In this document: in pieces, positions 28,901-42,400 of the stretch
Layout: each line of letters starts with the position of its first letter
How positions within the stretch are numbered: the first letter of the stretch is position 1
NCBI GenBank assembly: GCA_951406725.2
Contig: OX597823.1
Coordinates: 16,988,001-17,052,000 of the forward strand
DNA: 64,000 bases
Source of the DNA: Octopus vulgaris
Taxonomy: Eukaryota
Direction: 5' to 3'
Program-made: the position numbers and the translations under genes
The notes under the pieces: generated by a model
The model's input: only the letters and a program-made list of their open reading frames with translations
Database searches by the model: none
What the model was told of the DNA's origin: nothing

Positions 28901-31391
28901 TAAACAACAAAAACAACACTAGGATGAAAGAAGAAGTTGATTCCATTAGGATTAGAACTCAGAATGGAAAAGCATGCAACCAAACGATTAATGGTTTCAT
29001 TAATGCCAACAGGACTGCAAAAAAAGGATAGACTTAACCCTTTTGTTACCAACCCGGCTGAAACCGGCTCTGGCTCTGTTGTACAAATGTCTTGTTTTCA
29101 TAAGTTCTGAATTAAAATCTTCCACCAAACCTTAGTCACAATTTATGTTCCTAACACTAGCTTAATGATTACTAAGTTATTTTATTAAATTCTTTGTTAT
29201 ATTTAAAATTAATTGAAAGAAACTCAGAGCATCTCAAAATAAATGCAGTAACGAAAGGGTTAAAGTATCTTATGAGCCCTAGGACTCAATCAGGTTTTCA
29301 TGGTGTTTAAATGATTGAGATTACAACACTTACATCTGAACAGGAAACCAGTCTATCTCAGGGTTAAATTCCCAGCTAATGCTGGAAGTGATGTAAAATG
29401 AAGTGTCTTGCTCAAGAGCACAGCATTCTAACCAGGCTAGGAATAGAAATCACAATTTTACAACCATGAGTATAACACCTTAACCGCTAAATCACATACT
29501 GTTACTCATGTCCCCCTTCTGTAAAGGGGATGTTACAAGAATAATTAAAAGGAAATGTGGAAGAGAATAACATAGAGTGGAAAAACAAATAAAATGCAAT
29601 GCAATGTACTGTAAAATTTATCCTTTCTACTATATGCACAAGGCCTGAAATTTTGGTGCTGAGCTGGCACTTGTTTCATCGGCCCTAGAAGGATTAAAGG
29701 CAAAGTTGACCACAGCAGAATTTGAACTCAGAATGTAAAGATGGATGAAATACTGTTAAACGTTTTGTCTGGCGTGCTAACGATTCAGCCAGCTGGCTGC
29801 TTTAATGTAATGTAAAAATAATAAAAATAAAACGTTTTCTAATAATAAACTATAGATATAAATACTACCAAAGTTTTCATAGCTGATGAGAATACATTCT
29901 CCATTCATGCTAGTATAAAGATGAATGTATGTGTATATATGTGTGTGTGAATGTGTGCATTCAGTATAGCAAGATGTACTTCATTGATTTCTCTTTCCAT
30001 TTTGGGAAAAATTGAGATTAGGCCAAGAATTATCCAGAAATGAATCAATGAATCTCTGAAAGAGATTTAGAATAAGATGAACAACGTCGTGTCAGGCAGC
30101 TGATGTAAACACATTTGAAAATGTCATATCTTGTAATTAACTACATATATATATATATGTATATATATATATATCTTTTTGTTTATATTATATGTGTGTG
30201 TAAGTCATCTAAGAGTCCATAAGTCAGGAAAAAATACACTTGTATATCTGAAGTATATTATCTGAAGTATACAGTATATTTCATTCCATGTCAGCTACCT
30301 CTGAAGAGTGCAGGGTTACATAATTGGATTGTTACCCTAACACTCTGTTAGCTCCCTAGTGCAAAACTGATTGATGAGATTGACTGCAATGGATACTTTC
30401 GATTATATATATATATACATCCTTTTATTTGTTTCAGTTGGAGCATCACCTTTAGTCAAACAAATCAACCCCAGGACTAATTCTATTGGTCTCTTTTGCT
30501 GAAATGTTAAGTTATGGGGATGCAAACACACCAACATTGGTTGTCAAGCGATGGTGGGGAGTGGAGTGGACAAACACAAACATAAAGACACACATACAAA
30601 CATACACACACACATATATATATATAGTTGTGATACCTGTGCCGGTGACACATAAAAAGCACCATCCGAACGTGGCCGTTGCCAGTGCAGCCTCCACTGG
30701 CTTCTGTGCCGGTGGCACATAAAAAGCACCATCCGAACGTGACCGATGCCAACCCCGCCTCGAATGGGTTCTGTGCCGGTGGCACATAAAAAGCAACATC
30801 CGAACGTGGCCGATGCCAGCACCGCCCCGACTGGCTTCTGTGCCGGTGGCACATAAAAAGCAACATCCGAACGTGGCTGATGCCAGCACCGCCCCGACTG
30901 GCTTCTGTGCCGGTGGCACATAAAAAGCACCAACCGATCGTAGGATCCCGGAACATCTCGCTGTGCTTGAGGAGACCTGTTGAGTCAAGTGCATGTACAT
31001 GAACATCGAACCAAATATCAATGGAAACAGTAGTAGTTGTGATACCTTGCCGGTGACACATAAAAAGCACCATCTGAACGTGGCCGTCGCCAGTGCAGCC
31101 TCCACTGGCTTCTGTGCCGGTGGCACATAAAAAGCACCTTCCGAACGTGAGCGATGCCAGCACCGCCTTGACTGGCTTCTGTGCCGGTAGCACAAAAAAA
31201 AGCACCAACTGATCGTGGCCGATGCCAGACCCCTACACGGAGTGGTTGGCGTTAGGAAGGGCATCCAGCTGTAGAAACACTGCCAGATCAGACTGGAGCC
31301 TGGGGCAGCCCCTGGCTCCCCAGACCCCGGTCGAACCGTCCAACCCGTGCTAGCGCGGAAAACGGACGTTAAACGATGATGATGATGATGA

Positions 31392-31441
<50 letters not shown>

Positions 31442-31691
31442 AAATAAGCAACAAGTATATCACCCCATTGATTTCTATGGATAATACCATACAAAATTCT
31501 GGTGCCTTTGACTTAAGTACCATATTCATCTGAATCTAAATTTTGCTGAACTTATATATACATACACACACACACACACACACACATACACACATATATA
31601 TATAAATATAAATGACAAGCTTCTTTCAATTTCCGTCTACAAGGCTTTGGTTGGCCCAAGGCTATAGTAGAAGACAGTTGCCCAAGGTGCC

Positions 31692-31722
<31 letters not shown>

Positions 31723-34700
31723 ATGTGGTGAGCTAGCAGAGTTATTATTGCACCAGAAGAAATACTTAGCACCATTACACCTTTTACTTGTTTCAGTCAT
31801 TTGACTGTGGCCATGCTGGAGCATCGCCTTTAGTCAAGCAAATCAACCCCAGGACTTATTCTTTGTAAGCCTAGTACTTATTCTATCAGTGTCTTTTGCC
31901 GAACCACTAAGTTACGGGGACATAAACACACCAGCATCGGTTGTCAAGTGATGTTGGGGGGACAAACACAGACACACATGCATATACACACATATATACA
32001 ATGGGCTTCTTACAGTTTCTACCAAATCCACTCACAAGGCTTTGGTCGTCCCTAGGCTATAGTAGAAGTCATTCGCCCAACGTGCCACGCAGTAGGACTG
32101 AACCCAGAACCATGTGGTTGGTAAGCAAGCCACTCCAACGCCTATGTACGAGACACTGAGTACTGTTTTTTATATACGCTTTGTATATTTTTTAAAATTA
32201 TTTTTATAATTTGTATATATTTATTTTATTATAAATGCAAAACAACACCATGGAGGAATTGGTATAAGCTTAAATAATAAACTGTGATAGGTGAACCGCG
32301 ATATGGCGAGGGATAACTGTATACGAAATTCAAAGTAGAACTTTGTTCTAATAGACTGACTAATTTGCATGCCAGTGCCATAATTTATAAATGTTTATGT
32401 ACAATACAGTGTGTACTAAAAACCATTTTTTAGGGAAAGGAATGAGAGAAGTACTTATCCTCTAATGAGCAGTCGACAAACCATGAAATATGTTACAGTT
32501 TTTTTTTTTTTTTACTTGACATTTGTTTAATGCTTTACAATTAAAGGCTTCAAAGCAGTAGTTTACTTCAAACATATAATGATATTGACTGGGGAAAGAA
32601 ACTGCGTACAGCTGTTATATAATATATATATATATATATATATATCTAGTTAATCCAAACATGAAAACACAAAGAGAAAACACAACGCGAGGACGTGGAA
32701 CAAGTATAGTATTATTGGACGCTCAGGAAGGAAGGGAAGAAGGAGGGTTTTACGTTTCGAGCGGAGCTCTTTGTCAGAAACATAGAAAAAGGAAAGATCC
32801 AGAGAAGGGACGACGGAGGAAAAAAAAATCCCCAACAGTACACACGCGGTCACAATAACTTGATACAGCCTTAAGACATTTATTGGATGGCTGTTGACTC
32901 TCAAGAGTTCCTCCGCCCTTTGACGGGTTTTGTTTTTCAATCTTGATCTGGCATACATACACACACAGTGGATGTTAAATGATGATGATTGTCGAAGGAA
33001 ACTAGGTATGCATTCTCTAAAGGTGCAAATCACAAACTGTGATATGGTCTGAGAGGGCTCCCTGTCTCTTTTTTAAAAATATCAAAAGTTAAGAAGGAAT
33101 CATCATCATCATCATCATCGTTTAGCGTCCGTTTTCCATGCTAGCATGGGTTGGACGGTTCTACTGGGGTCTGTGAAGCCAGAAGGCTTCATCAGGCCCA
33201 GTCAAATCTGGCAGTGTTTCTACGGCTGGATGACCTTCCTAACGCCAACCACTCCGTGAGTGTAGTGGGTGCTTTTTACGTGCCACCCGCACTGGTGCCA
33301 GACAGAGCTGGCAAACGGCCACGAACGGATGGTGCTTTTTATGTGCCACCGGCACGAGGGCCAGGCGAGGCTGGCAACGGTCACGAAACGGGGCGGTGCT
33401 GGCAACGGTCGCGAAACGGAAAGTTCTCTTACATGCCACCGGCACTGGTAACACATCTGCAATTTCCATTGATCGATTTCCATTGATCGATTTCGATTCT
33501 GATCCTCACTTGCCTCAACGGGTCTTCACAAGCAGAGTTTTGACATGCCACCGGCACTGGTAGCACATCCGCAATTTCCATTGATCGATTTCGATTCTGA
33601 TCCTCACTTGCCTCAACACGTCTTCACAAGTAGAGTTTTGTGTCCCAAGAAGGGAAGGTATGCATACATAGGCCGGCTCCATCCCATGTAGAAGGCCACG
33701 GGTTATGGACTCACTTGTCCTGCCGGGTCTTCTCGTGCACAGCACACTTCCAGAGGTCTCGGTCTCTAGTCATTTCCTCAGTGAGACCTAAAGTTCGAAG
33801 GTCGTGCTTCACCAACTCGTCCCAGGTTTTCCTGGGTCTGCCTCTTCCACAGGTTCCCTCAACCGCTAGGGTGTGGCACTTTTTCACACAACTATCTTCA
33901 TCCATTCTCGCCACATGACCATACCAGTGCAAACGTCTCTCTTGCACACCACAACTGATGCTTCTTAGGTCCAGCTTTTCTCTCAAGGTACTTACACTCT
34001 GCCGAGTGTGAGTACCGGCATTACACATCCATCGGAGCATACTGGCTTCATTTCTAGCGAGCTTACGCATATCCTCAGCAGTCACGGCCCATGTTTCACT
34101 GCCATGTGTTTACATTCTAGTATTTCTCTCACAACTAGGCTTTCTGATAATTAAATGCATTTCAGTTAATCCGATTTATATTGCGTTGTGTGTTACATGT
34201 GGTATTAGTAAAATTGTATGCAGATATGTGAGACGTTGTTATGATGAATGTGTAAAGTTCTTGAGAAGACTAATACTTAATAGAAAGTTTGTACTGTTTC
34301 AACTGCAAAACCTTTCAAAATCATTTATACCACTTGAATGAATTCAGATGAAGTTGTGTGCAAATTTGAAGAAAACAAACTTCCGATTAGTTTGGTGTAT
34401 AGGAACAAATAGAAGGGGAAATAGGTTACATCTTTTGGTGTACATATGCATAATCTTTTTCTTCTGGTTGACATAACAAAAAGTACGAAGGTACACTGAT
34501 TTGATTAACCCTTTGGTGTTCGCATTATTCTGCCAAAATTAATGCTTTTTTATCCACATTGTTTTGAGCTAATCATGCATTATCTTGTAGCTATGAGATT
34601 TTGATAAGGTAGCTGTTAATTTTTTAAAAGATATTGTAGGGTTGGTCTGAGAGACCAGATCCGGCCAGTTCAAACATAAAACAGGCAGAATACTTTTGGC

Positions 34701-35531
34701 CGGATATGGTCGGTTTAAATGCTAAAGGGTTAATCAGAACTGGTGTTAACCAGAACTTTAGTCAGGCTCTGACTCTAAAAGCATGCTAGTAATATGTTTT
34801 ACAGAATAAGATAATGTTAAAAAACTATCCATTTTTTTTTTATATTATATAAAATTGAGCCAGGAGATAGACTAAACATTGATTTGGAATGGATCCAGCC
34901 TACAGGTTAAGAGTATATCAATTTGCTACCCCTTGCATTCTCACTCCCTACACTAAATACACACATACTCTCTCTCTCTCTCCTCTGTGTGTGTGTGTTT
35001 CTTCCTGTAATATCATTTTAAAGCTGCCCTACACCTTATCATTTTCACTCCTCCCTTAGCAGTCTATTATTAGTTTTATAAAAAAAATTTAGCTGCTTAA
35101 AAACATTATATTCTAAACCTGAACATTATCTTCACAAAACAAAAATATCTACTTAACTATATAAAAAAAACCCAACTCTTTTATGCATCAATGCATATCA
35201 CTTCCACAAACAAAATTCCAAGCCAGCTTAATTGACATACTGTGGCACCCTTTCACACAACACACCACAAGACAACATTTTAACCACTCCAAATTAATTC
35301 TATTTACGTATATATATATATACTCTTTTACTTTTTTACTTGTTTCAGTCATTTGACTGTGGCCATGCTGGAGCACCGCCTTTAGTCGAGCAAATCGACC
35401 CCAGGACTTATTCTTTGTAAGCCTAGTACTTATTCTGTCGGTCTCTTTTGCCGAACCGCTAAGTTACGAGAACGTAAACACACCAGCATCGGTTGTCAAG
35501 CGATGTTGGGGGGACAAACATAGATGCACAA

Positions 35532-35572
<41 letters not shown>

Positions 35573-37607
35573 CATATATATGATGGGCTTCTTTCAGTTT
35601 CCGTCTTCCAAATCCACTCACAAGGCTTTGGTCGGCCCAAGGCTATAGCATGGTTTTTTTTTCTTTTCTTTTTTACATGCTGGGTTTTTGAAGGCCTCTG
35701 AGATCAGCTTAATGCAGTTAATGTTCTATCTAAATTGTTGCAAATCAACTTTTCAAATCCACTGGGATCAAGTTTGACTATATAAACTTAAATAAACTTA
35801 GATATGTTTCAACCAAAGATTGGTCCAGGCCATGTCTAACTTAATATCGCCATCTGATAGGATAATCTAAATCCTGTTTAAATCAAGTTTTGTTTATGGT
35901 CCATTCAAGTAGTGAGTTCTTGTTGAGTGAGTTGTGTATATATATATATATATATAGTTAATACAAAGAGAAAACACAACAATGCGAGGACATGGAACAA
36001 GTATAGTATTATAGGACGCTCAGGAAAGAAGGAAAGAAGGAGGGTTTAACGTTTTGAGCGGAGCTCTTCGTTAGAAACATAGGAAAAGGAAAGATCCAAA
36101 GAAGGGAAGACGGAGGACAAAAAATCGCCAACGGTACACATGTGGTCACGTATATATATATATATATATATATATACTATATTCAATAAATTACAACTGT
36201 CCCCTACAAAATATTCCACAAAAGTTGACTTTAAGCCTTGTCAAAATAACTTAAGAAAATAAATATGGTTGGAAAGTTGTATTTATCTTGGAATGTTTTT
36301 GGTCCCCAGGAATGTTGCAAGGTTGATTTGATTGATTATATGCACCTTACACACCCCATGAAAAAATTAGCCCTCTGGCTAATGATAGAAGATACATATA
36401 AAGAATAAATAAGACCTGGATTGGCTGAAAATAGTAAAACCCCACACTTATGAAACAAATTATATATGCTTCTGGAAGAAGCAGCCAATTCTAACTCAAC
36501 ACACATGGTGGGTTTTTTTGTTGTTTTTTCTCTTTTTTTTTTTTGTTTTTACACCATAAACTTACAAATGAATCCCCTGGTCACTGTCTTAACAAGCACT
36601 GTCTGTTTGTCATGAGATTTTCATAGGAGAATACAATGATGGTTTCCCACTGCATTCCTTCTGTTATCTTTTTTTTTTTGTAAGTTATTACAAACTTTTG
36701 TAAGGCGCAGGAGTGGCTGTATGGTAAGTAGCTTGCTAACCAACCACATGGTTCCGGGTTCAGTCCCACTGCGTGGCACCTTGGGCAAGTGTCTTCTGCT
36801 ATAGCCCCGGGCCAACCAATGCCTTGTGAGTGGATTTGGTAGACGGAAACTGAAAGAAGCCTGTCGTATATATATATATATGTGTGTGTGTGTATGTGTG
36901 TGTGTTTAAGTGTGTGTTTGTCCCCCTAGCATTGCTTGACAACCGATGCTGGTGTATTTACGTCGTCGTAACTTAGCAGTTCGGCAAAAGAGACCGATAG
37001 AATAAGTACTGGGCTTACAAAGAATAAGTCCCGGGGTCGATTTACTCGAATAAAGGCGGTGCTCCAGCATGGCCACAGTCAAATGACTGAAACAAGTAAA
37101 AGAGTAAAAGAGTATTAACTTGTCTGCTAAAAATAGACAAGTCTGCTACACCTGCCTGAACTTGCAGAAGATGAAAAAATGTGAATAAACAGCACAAAGC
37201 ATTTTGCCCAACACTTCAACAATTCCAACCCTGCCCACCACCCTGGACTGATATTTCATTTTATCAACTCGAGAAGAACAGAACGAAAGATAAAGTTAAC
37301 CTTGGCAGGATTTGAACTCAGAACATGAGGAGGAGGAATAACTACTGCAAGACATGTCTGATGCTCTAATGATTCTGATACCCCCACCTTCAACACACGC
37401 ACACACACACTCTTTCACTTGTTTCAGTCATTTGACTGTGGCCATGCTGGAGCACCGCCTTTAGTCGAGCAAATCGACCCCAGGGCTTATTCTTTGTAAG
37501 CCTAGTACTTAGTCTATCAGTCTCTTTTGCCGAACTGCTAAGTTACAGGGACGTAAACACACTAGCATCGGTTGTCAAGCGATGTTGGAGGGGGTAGACA
37601 AACATGG

Positions 37608-37670
<63 letters not shown>

Positions 37671-39191
37671 CATATATACTATGGCAATCCCTCAAGGTCG
37701 AGGATGATGGTCTTCGCGCAAATTTATACATATATACGACAGGCTTCTTTCAGTTTCCGTCTACCAAATCCACTCACAAGGCTTTGGTCAGCCTGAGGCT
37801 ATAGTAGAAGACAGTTGCCCAAGGTGCCACGCAGTGGGACTGAACCCGGAACCATGTGGTTGGTAAGCAAGCTACATACCGCACAGCCACTCATATGCCT
37901 ATATGCACGCACAATTTTTTTTAATGATAAAATACACACAATTTTAAAAAGCAAAGGACATGAACATACTGAACAATGTCATTCACATTAATACAAAAAA
38001 AAAAAGGGACGGGATGATAATGGCTGGGATACCTTTGATTACACATCTGCTCAATCAGGCTCAGCTACAGGCTAAGAAACAATGACAACAACATAAGTAA
38101 TTATTTACATTATTTACATTTGACGGATATCTGTCATCTTGTTTGTTGTTAACACAACATTTCAGCTGATACGCTCTCCAGCCTTCATCAGGTGTCTTGG
38201 GGAAATTTCGAACCTGGGTTCTCATTCCTACAGTATTTTTCGATGTTGTTATTATAATTATTATTATTATTATTCAGGTCACTGCCTGAAAATCTTGGGG
38301 TTAGTAGCCAACGCTCTTAACTACTACACCATATGCTCCCCATGCTCTTAACCACTACACCACATGACCACAGACATATGGTGTAGTGGTAAGAGCATGG
38401 GCTACTGATCCCAAGTGTCCGAGTTCGATTCCAGGCAGTGACCTGAATAATAACAACAACAACATCGAAAAATACCTTAGGAATGAGAACCCAGGTTCGA
38501 AATTTCCCTAAGACACATGATGAGGGCTTGGAGGGTATATCAGCCGAAACATTGTGTTAACAACAAACAAGATGACAGATATCCGTCAAATGTAAATAAT
38601 GTAAATAACAAGCATTTCATTTTGTCTATGCAAAGTCGTGTTCAAAAAACCCCAATGAGAATCAAATTTTCTTCATTCTAAACTTTGAAGTTGATGAAAA
38701 TGAGTACCAGTAATACACTTGTTGCAGCAAAGAGACAGTGTATGTGTGTGGGTGTGTGTGGTGGGGGTGGGGGGAGTTCTGTTCAGCAAGCTATATATCT
38801 CACTCTTACAAAAATTGGCTTTGTACACAGCGAGTGGAAATCAAAATGATCAAATAAATACGGCAAAGTATTTGATAACTAAAGCGTAGTCTACCTTCAA
38901 GTAGATGCAAAAGAACTGACATCAGCGGGAAACTGAATTTGCTGATTTACACTATTAGAGGAGTTTTGGTAGATCATGATGAGAAAAGAGGGGAAGGGTG
39001 ATGGTGGTAATGGAATCTTCGAGGATTGGCTGGTTGAGATAATGCTAAGAAAGATTGCCAAAGATAGGCATATTGAAAAAGATAGAGGGATGGGTGGCTA
39101 GATGACTAGCCAAGGATGGACAGGTGGATAGAGAGACAAACAAGCATGTAGAGAAGCAGGTAAGCAAGCAAGAATACAGAGAGAGATGTGG

Positions 39192-39241
<50 letters not shown>

Positions 39242-39322
39242 CAGACAGACACCCTCAGAGAAACTAATAACCAGGTAGATAAAAGTTAGAAAATGAAACT
39301 GATGAGTAGATAAGGACATCCA

Positions 39323-39366
<44 letters not shown>

Positions 39367-39431
39367 AAACAGCAGAGAGAGTCAGACAGACAGAGTTAGA
39401 TAAGTGAAGTATGAGAAGCAAGTATTTCTAA

Positions 39432-39483
<52 letters not shown>

Positions 39484-42400
39484 CATGTCAACATTATGAG
39501 AGAAAGAAAGAAGTGCTAGAAGAAGTGGTGTTAGAATCTGTACAACATAATCTAAATTTAAAGAATATGTTATTCAGAAAGAGTAATTTGCCTGGAACCA
39601 TAAAATGTGTCCGGAACTGGAACACCTGAAAACACTTCACAGTGATTATGACTCACCTCTTCGAATTAATCATCAACAGTTTTAGTTTCTAGGTTATGTA
39701 AACACTCCCTTGTTTATTGGTTTGAACTGTGTTTAGAATTCCCAAGAATTGCCTGTGTCTGAAAGTGAAATTCTTGTCCAACTCTTTCAAGCAATGATGA
39801 TGATGATGATGATCATGATATGACATTCTTAGTGGAATATATTCCTTTACTCGTTTGCTTGTTTCAGAGATATGACTGTGGTCATGCTGGAGCACTGCTT
39901 CGAAGGGTTTTTTTAGTCGAACAAATTGACCCCAACCGCTAATTTACAAGGATGTAAATACACCAAAACCAATTGTCAAGTAGTAATGAGGGAGCAAACA
40001 CAGAAACAAAGACACAAACACATAAATATATATATATATACGACAGGCTTCTTTCAGTTTCCATCTACCAAATCCATTCACAAGGCTTTGGTTAGCCCAA
40101 GGCTACAGTAGAAGACACTTGCCCAAGGTGCCACGCAGTGGGGCTGAAGCCGGAACCATGTGGAACCATATGGAGATATATCAACATGAACTTTCAAAAT
40201 ATTGGTATCACTCCAAATAATACCCTTTGTTCAATACTATACTATAAATAATATATACTATACTGTGCTATATCATACTATACTATACCGCTCTATATTG
40301 AATTATACTATATTGTTTAAAATTTTGGCATGGGGCCAGTAAATTTTATGGGCAGGGATAAGTTGATTACAACGACCCCAGTGTTCAACAGGTACCTATT
40401 TTATTGACCCCAAAAGGATGAAAGGTAAAGTTGACCTCGGTGGAATTTGAACTCAGAACATAAAGAGCTTGATGACATGCTGCTGAACATTTCATCCAGC
40501 ACAAGAATGATTCTGCCAGTTTGCTGTTTTATTGCATTATATTATATCATACTTTACTACAGTATACTAGATCAATGGTTCCTAAAGTGAGCAGTACTGC
40601 CCCCTAGAAAACAGTGGAAAAATCCGGCGGGGAGAGGCATTGGAGAAAAGTGGGATGATAATGTGGTGACCAAAATGGGGTGATCATCATCATCACCATC
40701 ATCATCATCGTTTAATGTCCGTTTTCCATGCTGGCATGGGTTGGACAATTTGACTTAGGACTGGCGAGTCAAATGGCTGCACCAGGCTCCAATCTGATCT
40801 GGCAGAGTTTCTACAGCTGGATGCCCTTCCTAACGCCAACCACTCCGAGAGTGTAATGTGTGCTTTTACGTGCCACTGGCACGAGGGCCAGTCAGGCAGT
40901 ACTGGAAACAGCCACGCTCGAATGGTGTGTTTTTACGTGCCCCCTGCACAAGAGCCAGTCCAACGGCACTGGCAACGACCTTGTTTGAATGTTGTTTTTC
41001 ACGTGCCACCGGCACAAGTGCCAGTGAGGCGGCGCTGGTAATGACCACACTTACTTGACAGCGTCGCCTTACTGGCACTTGTGCCGGTGATGTAAAAATA
41101 AAATACTAATAGGTTAACTAAGTTTAAGTTTTATTTTTTTAAGTTACAGTTGTTTTGAAACTGCTGCAGAAAGTGGTCTATATTTGTGGTGGGGAGGGTG
41201 AGGGGGCGCTAGGAATGTGGACTGGGTGCCAAGGGGGTAGCAGCCTGAAGAAGTTTGGGAACTACTGTACTAGATTACATTACTATATATTATACTACAT
41301 TACTATAGCATATGTTATACTATACTCATCTGTATTCTATATAATATACTATACTGCATAATACTATACCAGTCTGTACTATATATTATATTATACTGTA
41401 TTTATACTATACCACATTGCATTATGGTTAATAATCACCCACAAGACCTAGTATCTTGTACCACACTTTCAATAATTGTTTTTGTGAGGGGATATAGATA
41501 CCCTCTCAGACCTCCTTCCCATGATCAAGTGGAACGTTAAGGATATGAGTGAGAAAGGGGGAGCAGCTCCAAGCGGTCAGCTTGTACTCATTTTCAGCCA
41601 CGTAGACTGGTGCGATGTGAAATGAAGTGCCTTGCTCAAGAACATGTGATTCCCAGACATCCCAGAATCAAACTCATGACCTTATTATGCTCATGAGCCA
41701 AACACCATAACACTAGGCTACATTCCTTCACTAAACTGCACTTTATTGTGGATTATATGAACCAAGAGAAGCTGAGTCAAGAAGGAAGCCTCTACATGAC
41801 CACTTGACCTGCTAGAAATAGCAACCAAATCTCCTTTAAATCAGACTTTACCATTGTAAAAAAATATGCTAAGAGTACACTTGTTGATTAATAGCATTAG
41901 ATACATGATAACTGGAAAAAAATAATGAATTGCCATAGCTTATGTGATTATAGGTCTATTCAATCAAGGTTGATCTTTAATCTTTTTTTAATAGTTTGGG
42001 TAGTCATCATCATAGGCAATCAGTCAATAGTTGACAATAACTATCCATATGAAATGTGAAACATATCAAGAGCATCTACACTGACCTCTGTCCCCAGCTG
42101 CTGTGGTTATTCCTTACCAATTTTTCTAATGTTAAATTTAACCGTTAATGCTTTTTGTTGGTTTACCATGCACAGCTTTATCTGTGACCATGCACTTCAG
42201 TGTAAAAACAAGAAGCATCATGCATTTATGCAACCTGAATCTTAGGGGTTATTTTGCACGATTCCAGAGCCTCAATCATATTTCTTTCCCAAATAGCCTT
42301 AGGATATCCATCTGTCAATTTCCTTGTTACTAGCTTAATGGGTTTGCGAGGTCTGGTCCTGTGCCATTTAGAAACTACTGTAAAGTCTACGTTCAATTAA

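Noticed and set aside
30298-30380. CTGAAGA followed by a long stem, possible hammerhead
   Set aside because: No GAAA after the stem and no convincing stem I or III
30626-31230. CRISPR-like array (constant ~26-nt motif at a regular period)
   Set aside because: The intervening sequences are homologous to each other, the context is eukaryotic, there are no cas genes, and the units belong to an RTE 3' UTR. HDV-like and twister folds were also tried by eye and did not fit.
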